A stretch of 40,338 bases of DNA. It comes from a virus. Location of the stretch: the IMG/VR virus record IMGVR_UViG_3300045988_084902. One strand, given 5' to 3'. Both the position numbers and the translations under genes were made by a program. The notes below the pieces were generated by a model that saw nothing but the letters and a program-made list of their open reading frames with translations, had not been told where the DNA came from and did not search any database. Below are positions 1 through 7,551 of this stretch, one piece after another (position 1 is the first letter of the stretch; each line of letters opens with the position of its first letter).

Positions 1-93
1 CTGTGGCCGATAAGCTGCTTTAAGTCGCCTTGCGGAAGCTCTTTTGCGATGCTGACAAATGTATGCCGCATTTCGTATAAGCTCAGCTCTGGC
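1..93. repeat. Terminal overlap copy 1 (identical to 40246-40338)
   Basis: ctgtggccgataagctgctttaagtcgcc...gctcagctctggc was read at both ends of the window. Confidence 0.95.
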
Positions 94-983
94 ATGCCGT
101 TCACGCGCTGGTAGCGCTGCCAGCGGTGATAGTAGGTGTGCATGGATGCCATTGGGAAAACATATTCCTGCCGACCGGTGTAGTGCTTTTGGTCGTCTAG
201 CGTGTCTATGGCGTACTGAGATAATACCACTGTCCGCAATGCGTTTTCGTTTTTGCCGTGGGTGTGCTGCCCTTTTGAGTTGATCGCCTGGTGCAATTCG
301 CAGGCGTTCCCATGGATGTCTTCCCATTTTAAGCCGCGCATCTCGCCTGGGCGAACCCCCGTAAAAACCTGAAACCGATAGTAGTTGATAAATTCGTCCC
401 TTACGGTTTTCCCATCCAAAACGGTTGTATCAACTTTTAAGAGTGTTTGCAGGTTTTCAACCGTCAAGACGCGCTTGCCTTTATACCTTGCTGAGGTCGG
501 AATCTCTATTTCATCAAGTTCCAACGTTGTCAGTTTTGACTTGCGGCAAAATTTTACAAACTGCTTGCAGTAATTTACATAGTTTTGCAGCGTTTTCTTG
601 GAAAGAGTATCGTTTTTTCTGCCTTGCGGATGCTTAAACGCATAGTTAATGAGCGCCTGAAAATCTTGCTCGTTCATGGCACTTACAGTCTTTTTGCCTA
701 TTTGCGGCAGAAGATGCACCCGCCCAAAAGATTCCATTTTGGTGTGCTCTTCCTCCGAAACAAGCTCTTTTTGCGCAAGGAATTTTTCCCATGCTGCTTC
801 CACGCTTGAACGGGCAGTGCTTATGCCTTTATCCAACCATTCATCTGCTTTTTTGTTGGCTTCCCGCTGGCCTGTGCGCCCAGGCTTGGCACTGGTAAAG
901 GTTTTGCGCTGTCCATCTTTTTGCACGTTGATCTGCCAGCGCTGGGCGGATTCAATCCATTTGGCGGTATTTGTTCTTTTCAT
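1..983 (-). CDS. int: Tyrosine recombinase (phage integrase), first ~327 codons. The ORF runs off the left edge and continues at 40245->40128 because the window is circularly permuted.
   Basis: ATG at 983 on the minus strand. Own translation: MKRTNTAKWIESAQRWQINVQKDG...TGVRPGEMRGLKWEDI...GKNENALRTVVL...LYEMRHTFVS. There is no stop before base 1, so the ORF is absent from the ORF track (open-ended). The joined length is 1101 nt, or 366 aa. Confidence 0.9.
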   Translation of the reverse strand, partial: MKRTNTAKWIESAQRWQINVQKDGQRKTFTSAKPGRTGQREANKKADEWLDKGISTARSSVEAAWEKFLAQKELVSEEEHTKMESFGRVHLLPQIGKKTVSAMNEQDFQALINYAFKHPQGRKNDTLSKKTLQNYVNYCKQFVKFCRKSKLTTLELDEIEIPTSARYKGKRVLTVENLQTLLKVDTTVLDGKTVRDEFINYYRFQVFTGVRPGEMRGLKWEDIHGNACELHQAINSKGQHTHGKNENALRTVVLSQYAIDTLDDQKHYTGRQEYVFPMASMHTYYHRWQRYQRVNGMPELSLYEMRHTFVSIAKELPQGDLKQLIGH

Positions 984-1048
984 GTTGCGGCCCCTTTTTG
1001 CGTATGTTATAATAAGGGTGTCAACTTTTTATGTTGACGGCCCTTTAT

Positions 1049-1091
1049 CCCTTGCTGGTGTGGCACCACCGGCAGGGGATTTTTTATTTTT
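1049..1091 (+). terminator. Plus-strand intrinsic terminator, antisense to the int/HTH genes
   Basis: A 12-bp stem, cccttgctggtg (1049-1060) with caccggcagggg (1067-1078), includes 2 G-U pairs that form only in the plus-strand RNA. It is followed by attttttattttt. Confidence 0.6.
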
Positions 1092-1677
1092 CCCTTGCGT
1101 TATATTCGCCGTTGCCTGCCACAACGGCAGCCTCTCCGGCTTGCAGGCATATTTGCAGGCGGTCAAAGTCCGGCTTGGTGCTTTCCGGGCAGGGGTCTGC
1201 ACCTGTTGCGGTATCTATTCTATAGTTCTGTATCACGGCCTGGCAGACGCGTACACGGCTTTGCATGGACGTATGAGCGTTAGCGCATAACAAGTCTATC
1301 TGGCCCGCCCAATCGCTTCCATGCGCCCCACACAGGATATATAGCAGGCGGCGCTTGTACAGGCTCGGCATCTGTTCGATATAATCGGAAAGTGCCTTGT
1401 CTACATGCTCGTCCGTCCAGTTTGGGGTATTGGTATCGCTGAATGCAGACGGCATCCAGATGCGTTGCAGCCAACGCCAGGGGGATTGTTTGCAGACGGT
1501 GAACCACATCAACAGATCATCGTTTCGGATAGGGGAAAGCCCTTCTTCCAAGTTGCGCACCGTGCGGATATTCACATCCATCTGCCGGGCTACATATTCT
1601 TGTGAAAGCCCGGATTCCAACCGGCACTGCGAAAGAATAAGTCCTTCACGTTCTCGGAAATCAGCTCTACTTTCCAT
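1084..1677 (-). CDS. HTH (XRE-type) DNA-binding protein with an unknown ~130-aa C-terminal domain
   Basis: The N-terminus LILSQCRLESGLSQEYVARQMDVNIRTVRNLEEG is a Cro/C1-type HTH. The SD GAGGGTG lies upstream of the ATG at 1677. Confidence 0.7.
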   Translation of the reverse strand: MESRADFREREGLILSQCRLESGLSQEYVARQMDVNIRTVRNLEEGLSPIRNDDLLMWFTVCKQSPWRWLQRIWMPSAFSDTNTPNWTDEHVDKALSDYIEQMPSLYKRRLLYILCGAHGSDWAGQIDLLCANAHTSMQSRVRVCQAVIQNYRIDTATGADPCPESTKPDFDRLQICLQAGEAAVVAGNGEYNAREK

Positions 1678-1860
1678 TTCATCACCCTCAATTTTTTACA
1701 TGTTTTGCACTCTAAATGCGGTAAAATTTTTTTACCGTAGCAATTAAGAAAATATAAAGAAATATTTCTTCAAAAAATGCCATGGAAATAAATGGAAGCC
1801 ATGGCACAAAAAACATGTTAAGATTCTTACTGTAGTCAGAAAACACAGGAGGAATCAACA

Positions 1861-1983
1861 ATGAATAACGTGGAACGTCTAAAGAATTACCGAAACCGTA
1901 ATGCGGCAACCATTGAAGCCCTATACCATGCTGTGCTGCAAGACCGTGCAAGGAGGGAAGCAGACCATGAAGAAACTGTCTGA
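1861..1983 (+). CDS. Small hypothetical protein (40 aa), hydrophilic
   Basis: AGGAGG sits 8 nt upstream of the ATG at 1861. Translation: MNNVERLKNYRNRNAATIEALYHAVLQDRARREADHEETV. The ORF is too short for the ORF track. Confidence 0.35.
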   Translation: MNNVERLKNYRNRNAATIEALYHAVLQDRARREADHEETV

Positions 1984-2043
1984 TTTGGATGTTCCACCAA
2001 GACACGGGCGCAGAAGACCAAAAAAGCGGATTATAAAGACTTG
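1966..2043 (+). CDS. Tiny basic ORF (25 aa) overlapping the previous one
   Basis: AGGAGGG sits 8 nt upstream of the ATG at 1966. Translation: MKKLSDLDVPPRHGRRRPKKRIIKT. Confidence 0.25.
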
Positions 2044-2079
2044 ACAAACAAGTATTTTTGTGAAACTGCTGAAATGCAA

Positions 2080-2583
2080 TTATAAATTTGTTGCAATCAT
2101 TATTAAAGCAATTGAAATTGCAACGCACGGCATTGTATTCAGCTTTTTTCTAATAGGGAAAGCCGGACACAGCATCAAGGCAGATGCAATTGCTAATACG
2201 GTAGCGATTATATTGCCGGCGCCAAATGCGGCAAATAGGAATACAACAGCAAAAAACCATTGCGCTCCAATCCCCACTGCATTCCAGTTGATTTGAATAT
2301 GCTTTTGCGGCTTTTTTTCTTTTTCTGCTGGCGTACACCCGAAACCCATGTTTGAGGTTGAAGAAGAAGGCGCTTTTTTAGAAGAACCTCCATGACCAAA
2401 AACGCTAAAAGTCGTTCTTTGATACACAGCATTTTTTATAGAGCGAGATGGGTCTTTTACAAAGCCTACACCTTTTTTGCCGTAAAGAGGATTTACGGCA
2501 CGTTTTACAGCGCGGTTTATGCGGCCTGTTGTTCTGGCCTTAATAGATTTTTTAAATGAAGGCTTTCGTACACCAAATTTCAT
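2080..2583 (-). CDS. Membrane protein with a basic N-terminal region and 2-3 C-terminal TM helices (possible prophage-expressed exclusion or accessory protein)
   Basis: Basic N-terminus: MKFGVRKPSFKKSIKARTTGRINRAVKRAV... Hydrophobic C-terminus: WFFAVVFLFAAFGAGNIIATVLAIASALML. Confidence 0.6.
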   Translation of the reverse strand: MKFGVRKPSFKKSIKARTTGRINRAVKRAVNPLYGKKGVGFVKDPSRSIKNAVYQRTTFSVFGHGGSSKKAPSSSTSNMGFGCTPAEKEKKPQKHIQINWNAVGIGAQWFFAVVFLFAAFGAGNIIATVLAIASALMLCPAFPIRKKLNTMPCVAISIALIMIATNL

Positions 2584-2622
2584 TGAGCATCACAACCTTA
2601 TTTATTTTTGGGGGAATCTGAA

Positions 2623-2781
2623 ATGGAAAAAGAACCATTGACAATCACGCAAAAAAGTACGATATTTAGTTCAAGATGGCAGGCAAAGCAGCTTTTGCGG
2701 CAGTTACGGCCGGAAGAAGCCGTTAAAATTTATAATGAAGTTGTAAAGGAGATAAAAAATGTTCGGGAAAAGTCGCATTAA
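2623..2781 (+). CDS. Small hypothetical protein (52 aa)
   Basis: ATG at 2623 follows GGGGG. Translation: MEKEPLTITQKSTIFSSRWQAKQLLRQLRPEEAVKIYNEVVKEIKNVREKSH. The ORF overlaps the next gene by 23 nt. Confidence 0.3.
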   Translation: MEKEPLTITQKSTIFSSRWQAKQLLRQLRPEEAVKIYNEVVKEIKNVREKSH

Positions 2782-3154
2782 AGAACTTGAGCAGGAGAAC
2801 GCATCCTTAAAAGAAAGGATTGAATATCTGAAAAAGGATGTGCAGCATTACAGAATTAGGTCTGCGCTGCTTGACAAGACCAACTTGCCGAAAGCAAAAA
2901 GCGTTGCTTGTTATAATTGCAAATACGCCGCGTATGTGCGGTACGGCGAATGCGGCGTTGCGTTTTTGGGCTGTGGTCGCGCTTTGGCAAAAGGCGGCTG
3001 CGATGGGTACGAGTATACTGATGCCAACAGACCGAACCTTGACGAAATCCGAGATTACATGGTTACAGAGGGGAAAGATTGGCAGCCAAGTCAAGCGCTT
3101 TCTCAATGCGGCGTTTACGCAAATGCTCATACTCCGCCTTGCCTTGAACTGTAA
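2759..3154 (+). CDS. Hypothetical protein with an N-terminal coiled coil and a Cys-rich centre
   Basis: Strong SD AAAGGAG 7 nt upstream of the ATG. Cys-rich stretch: CYNCKYAAYVRYGECGVAFLGCG. The 3' end overlaps the convergent gene by 92 nt, so the true stop or extent is uncertain. Confidence 0.5.
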   Translation: MFGKSRIKELEQENASLKERIEYLKKDVQHYRIRSALLDKTNLPKAKSVACYNCKYAAYVRYGECGVAFLGCGRALAKGGCDGYEYTDANRPNLDEIRDYMVTEGKDWQPSQALSQCGVYANAHTPPCLEL

Positions 3155-3377
3155 TTTGATAATACGCCGTCCCAGTATTATCTTTGTAACCGCCCTCGCC
3201 GTCTGGAACCGCATCCCGCATTATTCGTCTAATTAGCCTGGTACGCATTAGATAATCAATATGTTCATTCGGCTGTGAAATGCTTTCCCAACCGATCATA
3301 GCGGCAATTTCGTTTTCTTCTATTTCGTTATCGTACAACGCAGAAAGAATTTTTGCACATACTTTATCAAGTTTCAT
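3063..3377 (-). CDS. Small winged-helix-like protein co-transcribed with the repressor
   Basis: ATGA start/stop overlap with the upstream repressor gene. 104 aa: MKLDKVCAKILSALYDNEIEENEIAAMIG... Confidence 0.55.
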   Translation of the reverse strand: MKLDKVCAKILSALYDNEIEENEIAAMIGWESISQPNEHIDYLMRTRLIRRIMRDAVPDGEGGYKDNTGTAYYQITVQGKAEYEHLRKRRIEKALDLAANLSPL

Positions 3378-3715
3378 TTTTTCACCAGCTTTGCCGACGC
3401 TTTTGCAATGAACAGCTTGAGCTGCTCTTCAGATGCGTCGTTGTCAATCCACTTTTCAATATAGTCTACATCTAGCCCATCGCCTTGTGCGGTGGGCTTT
3501 TTTTCGTTTTCGGTATTCCCGCGCAAGTCGTCAACGGTGACTCCTAGCAAACTGGCAACATCGGCTAGCATATGCTCTGGCAAATCGCGCCCGTTTGCTA
3601 GCATTTCAGACAAATAGCCACGACTTTTCCCAAGCTCTGTACTAATATGCGTGAAGGCAATTCCTTTTTTCTTTGCTATTTTCTTGGCTTTTTCAATGTA
3701 TCGCACACAAATCAC
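3374..3715 (-). CDS. CI-like repressor (XRE-family HTH)
   Basis: HTH: KKGIAFTHISTELGKSRGYLSEMLANGRDLPEHMLADVASLLGVTVDDL. The gene is divergent from a Cro-like gene across an operator-rich spacer. Confidence 0.75.
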   Translation of the reverse strand: MICVRYIEKAKKIAKKKGIAFTHISTELGKSRGYLSEMLANGRDLPEHMLADVASLLGVTVDDLRGNTENEKKPTAQGDGLDVDYIEKWIDNDASEEQLKLFIAKASAKLVKK

Positions 3716-3930
3716 ACCGTTTCTTTGTGCATATTGCCAATTCGCTAGAAAATGCTAGAAAACTATTTACACCTAGCATAAATGCTAGTATAATAGATAG
3801 CACAGAGGGCAACAAAAAACCAAGCCCCCTAAAATTCAGCGGACTAGCTAAAAATATGCTGTTATAAATCTCGCAAGTTCATAGTAGCATATTTTCTAGC
3901 AATAGTCAACTAGAAAGGAGCTTTTGCTAG
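3716..3930. promoter_or_regulatory. Divergent lysis/lysogeny switch region with ATGCTAG-type operator repeats and a plus-strand promoter
   Basis: Plus-strand promoter: -35 TTTACA (3766-3771), 17-bp spacer, -10 TATAAT (3789-3794). The perfect inverted repeat CTAGCAT-AA-ATGCTAG (3773-3788) lies in the spacer. GCTAGAAAA direct repeats are at 3744 and 3754, with an inverted copy at 3891-3900. An extended -10 TGtTATAAA is at 3860-3868. Confidence 0.65.
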
Positions 3931-4125
3931 GTGAATATTTCGAAAATTGATGCGCTGTGCCGAAAAAACAATATTTCTCGCACAATCCTTGAGGAACGCG
4001 CCGGAATCTCAAACGGCGCACTTGGCAAGTGGGAGAAATCGCCTTACGGCCCCAGCATCACGACGCTAAAGAAAGTGGCTGACTATTTCGGCGTGCCGAT
4101 TGATTACTTGCTAGCCGATAACTAG
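3931..4125 (+). CDS. Cro-like XRE-family HTH regulator (GTG start)
   Basis: Sequence: NISRTILEERAGISNGALGKWEKSPYGPSITTLKKVADYFGVPIDYLL. SD AAAGGAG is upstream. Confidence 0.75.
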   Translation: MNISKIDALCRKNNISRTILEERAGISNGALGKWEKSPYGPSITTLKKVADYFGVPIDYLLADN

Positions 4126-4180
4126 AAAGATGGAGGCGGCTGTAAGTGAACTGATCGCGGAAAGAGAGGAGGCGAGCTGA

Positions 4181-4393
4181 GTGGTTAAATATAACTGGCA
4201 TTTTAAGCCGGACGAGCAAGACGTGGCCAAAAACAATGGCTATGATCTGGGCTTGATTGGCGATGCAGCCTGCAAGACGGAAAGCCAGGCAATCTGGCAC
4301 GGCAAAAAGTGGATGAAAGAATCCCATCGAACCGGCACAATTACAGCAATTCCGGCAGAGGACAACCCGCCAATTTACATTTTGGATTATTAA
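4181..4393 (+). CDS. Hypothetical protein (70 aa, GTG start)
   Basis: ORF in the early operon. No recognisable motif. Confidence 0.45.
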   Translation: MVKYNWHFKPDEQDVAKNNGYDLGLIGDAACKTESQAIWHGKKWMKESHRTGTITAIPAEDNPPIYILDY

Positions 4394-4410
4394 CAAAAAG
4401 AGGTGAGAGC

Positions 4411-4713
4411 ATGGCAAACATCGGTTTTACAGCTCTTATCAAGAGCAAAGGCTATAACCAAAAAAGCCTTGCGGAAGAAACCGGAATTCCTCCCGGTGTG
4501 CTTTCACACCGCATCAACAGCCGCGATATTTGGACATGGCCGGAAGTTAGTGCGGTATGTGCAGCGCTTGGCATTACTTATGACGAATTTGCCACATATT
4601 ACCCGGTGGCGAATGTGCGCAAATCGGGACCTGCACCAAGTATTTCGCAAGCTGATCTGGAAGCGCTGAAAAGTCTGCGTGGCGCGCTTTCCGTGATATT
4701 GAAGGGAGCATGA
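4411..4713 (+). CDS. HTH-domain early protein (100 aa)
   Basis: Internal ATG at 4411 after SD AGAGGTGAG. Sequence: KSKGYNQKSLAEETGIPPGVLSHRINSRDIWTWPEVSAVCAALGITYDEF. Confidence 0.6.
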   Translation: MANIGFTALIKSKGYNQKSLAEETGIPPGVLSHRINSRDIWTWPEVSAVCAALGITYDEFATYYPVANVRKSGPAPSISQADLEALKSLRGALSVILKGA

Positions 4714-4717
4714 AGAA

Positions 4718-4981
4718 ATGAACACAACAAAAATAGCCGCCCCGGTGCTGCAACACCGTGACGGCCAGACGAAAAAATTCATCACCTGTATTCTGCCGCA
4801 CGCGGTGAGAATTTGCAAGTGTTTTGCAAACTTTACCCTGCTGGGTTGCGCAATCGGTGCTGTTTGCGCCGTTTCCGGACTTGCCCAGGGCGGCGGGTCC
4901 GCATCTTTGGCCGGGCTTATTGCCTGCCTGCTGGGCGGGTGGGCAGCTGTTACGCTGCGGGAGGTGCCTGCCGATGACTGA
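4718..4981 (+). CDS. Small membrane protein
   Basis: Hydrophobic segments: FTLLGCAIGAVCAVSGLAQGGGSASLAGLIACLLGGWAAV. Confidence 0.5.
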   Translation: MNTTKIAAPVLQHRDGQTKKFITCILPHAVRICKCFANFTLLGCAIGAVCAVSGLAQGGGSASLAGLIACLLGGWAAVTLREVPADD

Positions 4982-5096
4982 TCTTGATTTTCCCGGCTGC
5001 GGCGCGGCTGACGAATACGGCCACCCCATTATGTGCGAGGATTGCATTTGGGGCGAAACGTGCATTGATAGCACAATCAGAAAGGATGAAGATTGA
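4974..5096 (+). CDS. Small Cys-containing protein (40 aa)
   Basis: ATG at 4974 overlaps the stop of the preceding gene. Translation: MTDLDFPGCGAADEYGHPIMCEDCIWGETCIDSTIRKDED. Confidence 0.35.
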   Translation: MTDLDFPGCGAADEYGHPIMCEDCIWGETCIDSTIRKDED

Positions 5097-5099
5097 TAG

Positions 5100-6008
5100 A
5101 TGGATAATGCGTTACAGGTTATCACGCTGAAACAGCTCCCGATTATTGAGGAGCATTTGCAGCTTGTGAAATCGGATGTTGAAACCCGCACGCGGAATGC
5201 TATGCAGCTGGTTTGCACTGAGGAGACCCGCAAAGATGTAAAGAGCATCCGCACCGAACTGAGCAAGGAATTTGCAGAGATGGAAAACCAGCGCAAGCGG
5301 GTCAAAGAAGCCATCATGGAGCCGTACAACCAGTTTGAAGCGGTTTATAAGGAATGCATTTCCGACCCGTATAAAAAGGCCGATGCTGAATTAAAAAAGA
5401 GGATTGACGAAGTAGAATCCGGGCTTAAATCCGACAAAGAAAAGGCTATCCGAGATTATTTCAACGAGCTTTGCAAGGCAAATAATCTCCCCTGGCTGCG
5501 CTTCGAGCAGATGAATTTTAAGATCGGGCTTTCCACCAGTGTGAACGGCGTGAAAACGACGTTGACTGCAACGGTGCTTAAAATTGCCGAAGAGGTGCAG
5601 GAACTTTCCCACCATGAGGACGCCGCCGAGTTGCTGGTTGAATATAAGAAATCGCTGAATGTTGCGCTTGCATTAAGCACAATCCGCGCCCGGCATGAGC
5701 AGATCGAGTTGCAAAAGCAGTATGAAGCCCAGCGCCGCGCAGCACTGGAACAGCAGCGGGCGGCAGAAGAAAAGGTTCAGCAGGCTGTTGCCGAAGCGCA
5801 GGAAACGCAGCAGAGCGCCGCAGAACCGCCAATCGAAGAAGCTACCGTCCCGACAGAAGAAACGCCTACAGAAGCGCCCACAGCCGTGCAGGAGCAAGCA
5901 CCGGCCACAATCTACGAAGTCAAATTTGCCGTTCGCGGAACTATTGCGCAGCTGAAAAAGCTGAAACAGTTCATCATGCAGGAGGGTATGAGCTATGACG
6001 ACATCTAA
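5100..6008 (+). CDS. DUF1351-like phage protein (usual partner of RecT in Gram-positive phages)
   Basis: Sequence: LPIIEEHLQLVKSDVE...TEETRKDVKSIRTELSKEFAEMENQRKRVKEAIMEPYNQFEAVYKE. The gene lies directly upstream of recT. Confidence 0.65.
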   Translation: MDNALQVITLKQLPIIEEHLQLVKSDVETRTRNAMQLVCTEETRKDVKSIRTELSKEFAEMENQRKRVKEAIMEPYNQFEAVYKECISDPYKKADAELKKRIDEVESGLKSDKEKAIRDYFNELCKANNLPWLRFEQMNFKIGLSTSVNGVKTTLTATVLKIAEEVQELSHHEDAAELLVEYKKSLNVALALSTIRARHEQIELQKQYEAQRRAALEQQRAAEEKVQQAVAEAQETQQSAAEPPIEEATVPTEETPTEAPTAVQEQAPATIYEVKFAVRGTIAQLKKLKQFIMQEGMSYDDI

Positions 6009-6891
6009 TCGAATGGTACAGCAGAAAATGCCTTTTTCCGTGGCGGTAAATACACCGTCAATGCAAAAGCTGATTGCTAACGCCCTGCACGACCCGGCTC
6101 GATGTGCACGGTTTACGGCAAGCATTGTGAGCGCCGTTTCTGTTAATCAGGCGCTTCAAAACTGTGACCGGAATACCGTTATTTCAGGCGCTTTGCTGGG
6201 CGAAAGCCTTAACCTTTCCCCGTCCCCGCAGCTTGGACAGTATTATCTGGTTCCTTTCAACAACAAGAAAAAAGGCATACAGGATGCGCAGTTCGTGCTG
6301 GGATATAAGGGATACGTTCAGCTGGCATTGCGCAGCGGCCAATACAAGAGCATCAATGTTGAGATCGTAAAGCAGGGCGAGTACAAAGGCCGCGACCCGA
6401 TGACCGGCGATCCCCGCTTCCAGTTCCTTGAAGATGATGACGAGTGGGAGCGCCTGCCTGTTATCGGATACATGGCAAGCTTTGAGTATCTGAACGGATT
6501 CCGCAAAGTGCTGTACTGGTCGAAAGAAAAGATGATGAACCACGCTGACCGATATAGCGCAGCATTCAGCCGCAAGGCTTACGAAAATCTGATGGCCGGG
6601 AATATCCCCCAGGGCGATATGTGGAAATACAGTTCGTTCTGGTACAAAGATTTTGACAGTATGGCAAAAAAAACAATGCTGCGGCAGCTGATTTCCAAAT
6701 GGGGCATTATGAGCACTGATATACAGAGCGCGTATGAATCCGACAGCTGCGTGATTGAGGAAACAGAAAGCGGCCAGCTTGTACCGCAGGTTGAGGAAGA
6801 ATCCCCCCAGCAGATTGAAGATCCACAGGCCGCAGCGCAAATTCCTGCCCAGCCTGCTGAACCCAAGCAAATCGACCTTAGCAGCCTGTAA
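5995..6891 (+). CDS. recT: RecT-family single-strand annealing recombinase
   Basis: Sequence: NTVISGALLGESLNLSPSPQLGQYYLVPFNNKKKGIQDAQFVLGYKGYVQLALRSGQYKSINVEIV...MAKKTMLRQLISKWG. Confidence 0.85.
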   Translation: MTTSNRMVQQKMPFSVAVNTPSMQKLIANALHDPARCARFTASIVSAVSVNQALQNCDRNTVISGALLGESLNLSPSPQLGQYYLVPFNNKKKGIQDAQFVLGYKGYVQLALRSGQYKSINVEIVKQGEYKGRDPMTGDPRFQFLEDDDEWERLPVIGYMASFEYLNGFRKVLYWSKEKMMNHADRYSAAFSRKAYENLMAGNIPQGDMWKYSSFWYKDFDSMAKKTMLRQLISKWGIMSTDIQSAYESDSCVIEETESGQLVPQVEEESPQQIEDPQAAAQIPAQPAEPKQIDLSSL

Positions 6892-6894
6892 CAC

Positions 6895-7548
6895 ATGGAC
6901 TGCCGGGTGATTTCAACCGGGAGCCAGGGGAACGCCGTAATAATCGATAAAAAAATATTGATTGATTGCGGCGTTCCATTTTCCCGGCTTGCAGACGATT
7001 ACAAGAGCTTAAAGCTCGTATTGCTAACACATATCCACAGAGACCACTTCAACCCCGCAACACTGCGCAGGCTAGCCAGGGAGCGTCCTACACTACGTTT
7101 TGCCTGTTGTGTGTGGTTATGTGAAGCCCTCGTGGATGCTGGCGTTAAAGCAAGCCAGATTGACGTGATAAGCACCGAGCGATGGTACATTTACAGCGGG
7201 CTGTGCCGGATAAAGGCGCAGGAAACCAAACATGATGTTCAGAATTGTTGCTGGCACATCGAATTGCCGAGTACACCTGTTGAGCGATTATTCTACTCCA
7301 CTGATACAAACAATCTGAACGGCATAACAGCCAAAGGCTATAATCTCTATCTTGTCGAAGCGAACTACACGGAAGCGGATATTCAGGATCGCATCGCCGA
7401 AAAGAAAATCAACGGCGAGTATGTGTACGAAAAGCGCGTGATGCGCGAGCACTTGAGCAAGGAAAAAGCCGATGACTGGCTGTATGCAAACATGGCGGCA
7501 TATTCGGAATACATCTATATGCACGGCCATCAAGAAAAGGACAACTGA
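6895..7548 (+). CDS. Metallo-beta-lactamase-fold hydrolase (possible nuclease partner of RecT)
   Basis: HxHxDH motif LLTHIHRDH, and position after recT. Confidence 0.7.
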   Translation: MDCRVISTGSQGNAVIIDKKILIDCGVPFSRLADDYKSLKLVLLTHIHRDHFNPATLRRLARERPTLRFACCVWLCEALVDAGVKASQIDVISTERWYIYSGLCRIKAQETKHDVQNCCWHIELPSTPVERLFYSTDTNNLNGITAKGYNLYLVEANYTEADIQDRIAEKKINGEYVYEKRVMREHLSKEKADDWLYANMAAYSEYIYMHGHQEKDN

Positions 7549-7551
7549 ATT

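Noticed and set aside
1-93. Terminal 93-bp direct repeats as attL/attR or LTR-like ends
   Set aside because: The repeat lies within the integrase coding frame, and joining the ends restores one ORF. The real att-like core sits at 39993-40014.
676-1290. 204-aa plus-strand ORF
   Set aside because: It is antisense to the integrase and the HTH gene and runs through the plus-strand terminator. The integrase frame has the recombinase motifs.
1861-1983. Arbitrium-like (AimP) communication peptide in the lysogeny module
   Set aside because: The 40-aa product has no signal peptide or hydrophobic segment, and no AimR-like TPR receptor gene is present.
4574-5329. 251-aa minus-strand ORF in the early region
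   Set aside because: It is antisense to four tightly coupled plus-strand genes and gives a Ser/Cys-rich low-complexity translation.
6184-6894. 236-aa minus-strand ORF
   Set aside because: It is antisense to recT, whose frame is unambiguous.
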